A DNA stretch of 64,000 bases from Escherichia coli (lineage in GTDB: Bacteria; Pseudomonadota; Gammaproteobacteria; Enterobacterales; Enterobacteriaceae): the NCBI RefSeq assembly GCF_013122565.1, contig NZ_CP053258.1; one strand, written 5' to 3'. The translations under genes were made by a program, and so were the position numbers. The notes beneath the pieces were generated by a model. That model was not told the origin of the DNA. It saw nothing but the letters and a program-made list of their open reading frames with translations, and ran no database searches. This document shows positions 60,265 to 64,000 of this stretch, in pieces (position 1 is the first letter of the stretch; each line of letters starts with the position of its first letter).

Positions 60265-61266
60265 ATGATTGATTTACGCAGTGATACCGTTACCCGACCG
60301 AGCCGCGCCATGCTCGAAGCGATGATGGCCGCCCCGGTTGGGGACGACGTTTACGGAGACGACCCTACCGTTAATGCTCTGCAGGACTATGCGGCAGAGC
60401 TTTCCGGTAAAGAAGCCGCCATTTTTCTGCCTACCGGCACTCAGGCCAACCTGGTCGCTCTGCTCAGTCACTGCGAACGTGGCGAAGAGTATATTGTCGG
60501 TCAGGCCGCGCATAACTATCTGTTTGAAGCCGGTGGCGCGGCGGTGCTGGGCAGTATTCAACCGCAACCCATCGACGCGGCTGCCGACGGCACGCTACCG
60601 CTGGATAAAGTGGCGATGAAAATCAAACCCGACGATATCCATTTCGCCCGCACCAAATTACTCAGTCTGGAAAACACCCACAACGGCAAAGTGCTGCCGC
60701 GTGAATACCTTAAAGAAGCATGGGAATTTACCCGCGAGCGCAATCTGGCGCTGCATGTTGACGGTGCGCGCATCTTTAACGCCGTGGTGGCTTACGGCTG
60801 CGAACTGAAAGAGATCACGCAATATTGTGATTCGTTCACCATTTGCCTGTCGAAAGGTCTTGGGACGCCAGTCGGTTCATTACTCGTCGGTAATCGTGAT
60901 TACATTAAACGTGCCATTCGCTGGCGGAAAATGACCGGCGGTGGGATGCGCCAGTCCGGCATTCTGGCTGCCGCCGGGCTGTATGCCCTGAAAAATAACG
61001 TTGCACGCTTGCAGGAAGACCACGACAACGCTGCCTGGATGGCGGAGCAGCTGCGTGAAGCAGGCGCGGATGTGATGCGTCAGGACACCAATATGCTGTT
61101 TGTTCGCGTCGGGGAAGAAAATGCTGCCGCGTTAGGCGAATACATGAAAGCGAGAAACGTGCTGATTAACGCCTCGCCGATAGTCCGCCTGGTGACCCAT
61201 CTTGACGTCTCGCGCGCTCAGCTGGCGGAAGTCGCCGCCCACTGGCGCGCATTCCTGGCGCGTTAA
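60265..61266 (+). CDS. ltaE: Low-specificity L-threonine aldolase
   Basis: 333 aa [43 protein letters not shown]... Confidence 0.94.
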   Translation: MIDLRSDTVTRPSRAMLEAMMAAPVGDDVYGDDPTVNALQDYAAELSGKEAAIFLPTGTQANLVALLSHCERGEEYIVGQAAHNYLFEAGGAAVLGSIQPQPIDAAADGTLPLDKVAMKIKPDDIHFARTKLLSLENTHNGKVLPREYLKEAWEFTRERNLALHVDGARIFNAVVAYGCELKEITQYCDSFTICLSKGLGTPVGSLLVGNRDYIKRAIRWRKMTGGGMRQSGILAAAGLYALKNNVARLQEDHDNAAWMAEQLREAGADVMRQDTNMLFVRVGEENAAALGEYMKARNVLINASPIVRLVTHLDVSRAQLAEVAAHWRAFLAR

Positions 61267-61276
61267 GGAGGGAGAC

Positions 61277-62707
61277 GTGCCGCAACGCATTTTAGTTCTC
61301 GGTGCCAGTGGCTACATTGGTCAGCATCTGGTGCGCACACTCAGCCAGCAAGGACATCAGATCCTGGCGGCGGCACGTCATGTCGACAGGCTTGCAAAGC
61401 TGCAACTGGCAAACGTCAGTTGCCATAAAGTCGATCTCAGCTGGCCAGATAACCTTCCGGCCCTGTTGCAGGATATCGATACGGTCTATTTTCTGGTGCA
61501 CAGCATGGGCGAAGGCGGCGATTTTATCGCTCAGGAGCGCCAGGTGGCTCTCAACGTCCGCGATGCGCTACGTGAAGTACCAGTTAAGCAATTAATCTTT
61601 CTCAGTTCGTTGCAGGCCCCGCCACATGAGCAGTCGGATCATCTGCGTGCTCGTCAGGCTACGGCGGATATTCTTCGTGAAGCAGGTGTCCCGGTGACCG
61701 AACTTCGGGCCGGAATTATCGTTGGCGCAGGTTCCGCGGCGTTCGAAGTCATGCGCGATATGGTCTACAACCTGCCAGTCTTAACGCCTCCGCGCTGGGT
61801 TCGTTCACGCACCACGCCCATTGCGCTGGAAAACTTGCTGCACTATCTGGTGGCGCTGTTAGATCATCCGGCCAGCAAACACCGCATCTTCGAAGCCGCC
61901 GGACCAGAGGTGCTCAGTTATCAGCAACAGTTTGAACATTTTATGGCGGTGAGCGGTAAGCGCCGCTGGTTGATCCCCATCCCCCTCCCCACCCGCTGGA
62001 TTTCGGTGTGGTTTCTCAATGTGATTACTTCCGTACCGCCCACCACCGCCAGGGCGTTGATTCAGGGGCTGAAACACGATCTGCTGGCGGATGATACCGC
62101 GCTACGTGCACTCATCCCACAACGGCTGATCGCTTTCGATGACGCGGTACGTAGCACGTTGAAAGAGGAAGAAAAACTGGTCAACTCCAGCGACTGGGGC
62201 TACGACGCTCAGGCCTTTGCCCGCTGGCGACCGGAGTACGGTTATTTCGCCAAACAGGCGGGGTTTACCGTTAAAACGTCCGCCAGCCTTGCTGCTTTAT
62301 GGCAGGTAGTGAACCAAATCGGCGGTAAAGAGCGTTATTTCTTTGGCAATATTTTGTGGCAGACACGGGCGTTGATGGACCGCGCGATCGGTCATAAGCT
62401 GGCGAAAGGCCGCCCGGAGCGCGAATATTTACAGACTGGCGATGCGGTGGATAGCTGGAAAGTCATTGTCGTTGAACCGGAAAAACAACTTACGTTGTTA
62501 TTTGGCATGAAAGCGCCGGGGCTGGGACGACTGTGTTTTAGCCTGGAAGATAAAGGCGACTATCGTACTATCGATGTCCGCGCTTTCTGGCATCCGCACG
62601 GTATGCCGGGGCTGTTTTACTGGTTATTGATGATCCCCGCGCATCTGTTTATTTTTCGCGGAATGGCAAAACAAATCGCCAGACTGGCAGAACAAAGCAC
62701 AGATTAA
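61277..62707 (+). CDS. ybjT: NAD(P)-binding Rossmann-fold protein with C-terminal DUF2867-like domain
   Basis: GTG start at 61277 ([19 protein letters not shown]...) gives 476 aa, in frame with ORF track 61202..62707. Confidence 0.8.
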   Translation: MPQRILVLGASGYIGQHLVRTLSQQGHQILAAARHVDRLAKLQLANVSCHKVDLSWPDNLPALLQDIDTVYFLVHSMGEGGDFIAQERQVALNVRDALREVPVKQLIFLSSLQAPPHEQSDHLRARQATADILREAGVPVTELRAGIIVGAGSAAFEVMRDMVYNLPVLTPPRWVRSRTTPIALENLLHYLVALLDHPASKHRIFEAAGPEVLSYQQQFEHFMAVSGKRRWLIPIPLPTRWISVWFLNVITSVPPTTARALIQGLKHDLLADDTALRALIPQRLIAFDDAVRSTLKEEEKLVNSSDWGYDAQAFARWRPEYGYFAKQAGFTVKTSASLAALWQVVNQIGGKERYFFGNILWQTRALMDRAIGHKLAKGRPEREYLQTGDAVDSWKVIVVEPEKQLTLLFGMKAPGLGRLCFSLEDKGDYRTIDVRAFWHPHGMPGLFYWLLMIPAHLFIFRGMAKQIARLAEQSTD

Positions 62708-62805
62708 TCGACAAAACCTGCGTTATTCTTTCATGTTTCCCATTGCATCATGGGGGAAATCACGGAAGAATGCGCACGTTATTTTCTCAACAACAGTGGA
62801 TTGAT

Positions 62806-63819
62806 ATGAAGGTACTGGTTACCGGCGCCACCAGCGGCTTAGGTCGAAACGCGGTAGAGTTTTTATGCCAGAAAGGCATCAGCGTGCGAGCGACCGGTCG
62901 CAACGAGGCAATGGGTAAATTGCTGGAAAAAATGGGCGCAGAGTTTGTTCCGGCGGATCTGACCGAGCTGGTTTCATCACAAGCTAAAGTGATGCTCGCG
63001 GGCATTGATACGCTGTGGCACTGCTCCAGCTTTACCTCGCCCTGGGGGACACAACAGGCTTTCGATCTGGCTAACGTTCGCGCCACTCGCCGCCTGGGTG
63101 AATGGGCTGTCGCCTGGGGTGTGCGTAACTTTATTCATATCTCTTCCCCCTCCCTGTACTTCGATTATCACCACCATCGCGATATTAAAGAAGATTTTCG
63201 CCCTCACCGCTTCGCCAACGAGTTTGCCCGCAGCAAAGCAGCCAGCGAAGAGGTGATCAATATGCTTTCGCAGGCGAATCCACAAACGCGCTTTACTATT
63301 CTGCGCCCACAAAGTCTGTTCGGACCGCACGATAAAGTCTTTATCCCCCGTCTGGCGCATATGATGCACCACTATGGCAGCATTCTGTTACCGCATGGCG
63401 GCAGTGCGCTGGTCGATATGACGTACTATGAAAATGCCGTGCACGCCATGTGGCTGGCAAGCCAGGAAGCCTGCGATAAGCTACATTCCGGGCGTGTGTA
63501 CAACATCACCAACGGCGAGCATCGCACACTGCGCAGCATCGTGCAGAAGCTGATCGACGAATTGAATATTGACTGTCGTATTCGTTCCGTCCCTTACCCG
63601 ATGCTGGATATGATCGCCCGCAGCATGGAGCGTTTAGGCCGCAAGTCAGCAAAAGAGCCGCCGCTGACCCACTACGGCGTCTCCAAGTTGAATTTTGACT
63701 TTACGCTGGATATTACGCGTGCGCAGGAAGAGTTAGGTTATCAGCCAGTCATCACCCTGGATGAAGGTATCGAGAAAACTGCCGCCTGGCTACGCGACCA
63801 CGGAAAACTGCCGCGCTAA
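62806..63819 (+). CDS. ybjS: NAD-dependent epimerase/dehydratase family protein
   Basis: ORF track 62743..63819; ATG at 62806 ([20 protein letters not shown]...) gives 337 aa. Confidence 0.82.
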   Translation: MKVLVTGATSGLGRNAVEFLCQKGISVRATGRNEAMGKLLEKMGAEFVPADLTELVSSQAKVMLAGIDTLWHCSSFTSPWGTQQAFDLANVRATRRLGEWAVAWGVRNFIHISSPSLYFDYHHHRDIKEDFRPHRFANEFARSKAASEEVINMLSQANPQTRFTILRPQSLFGPHDKVFIPRLAHMMHHYGSILLPHGGSALVDMTYYENAVHAMWLASQEACDKLHSGRVYNITNGEHRTLRSIVQKLIDELNIDCRIRSVPYPMLDMIARSMERLGRKSAKEPPLTHYGVSKLNFDFTLDITRAQEELGYQPVITLDEGIEKTAAWLRDHGKLPR

Positions 63820-64000
63820 TCCTGCCCGTATTTCTCCAGCAACGCTTCGGCAATCGCCTGAGTTTCTGCATCCGCTTCGCCGTTATATAACGTCGGGCGG
63901 AAATGCATCTGGAACGCCATAATCACGCGCCGCTGCTCGCGCGGTGTCATATCAGGCTTTACGTCATAACCGTAGCGCGCCAAAAGCTCCAGCAATGACG
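63816..64000 (-). CDS. amiD: N-acetylmuramoyl-L-alanine amidase AmiD, C-terminal end only (5' end beyond window)
   Basis: Minus-strand translation ends ...[59 protein letters not shown]-stop, with the stop overlapping the ybjS stop by 4 nt (convergent). Confidence 0.8.
   Translation of the reverse strand, partial: SLLELLARYGYDVKPDMTPREQRRVIMAFQMHFRPTLYNGEADAETQAIAEALLEKYGQD

Overview
This window reads as a conserved Escherichia coli-type core chromosome segment, in reverse-complement orientation relative to the usual K-12 map, with no sign of a novel multi-gene system. Gene order is lpxK(partial)-msbA-ycaI-ihfB-rpsA-cmk-ycaL-aroA-serC-ycaP-ycaO-focA-pflB-pflA-ycaK-ycaN-ycaM-ycaD-ycaC-dmsCBA-serS-rarA-lolA-ftsK-lrp-trxB-cydDC-aat-infA-serW-clpA-clpS-cspD-macBA-ybjX-ybjD-aqpZ-ybjE-hcp-hcr-poxB-ltaE-ybjT-ybjS-amiD(partial). 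Gene calls rest on the supplied ORF track, motifs visible in the translations, and recall of E. coli proteins; no database search was run. I found no integrase, transposase, IS element, prophage block or cas genes, and every ORF over about 100 aa outside the called genes is an antisense or repeat-derived artefact. The most interesting items are: (1) a small orphan type I-F CRISPR array (3 repeats, 2 spacers) between serW and clpA; (2) a duplicated tRNA-Ser 3' end plus terminator just upstream of it, which looks like an old integration scar; (3) a 39-bp tandem-repeat expansion in the ftsK linker, making the protein 1381 aa against the 1329 aa I recall for K-12; (4) a GC-rich, hairpin-dense element between aqpZ and ybjE, followed by a 12-codon micro-ORF with a strong Shine-Dalgarno; (5) ybjD, a poorly characterised OLD-family ATPase/Toprim protein. 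Coordinates of non-coding features are read by eye and may be off by 1-2 nt.
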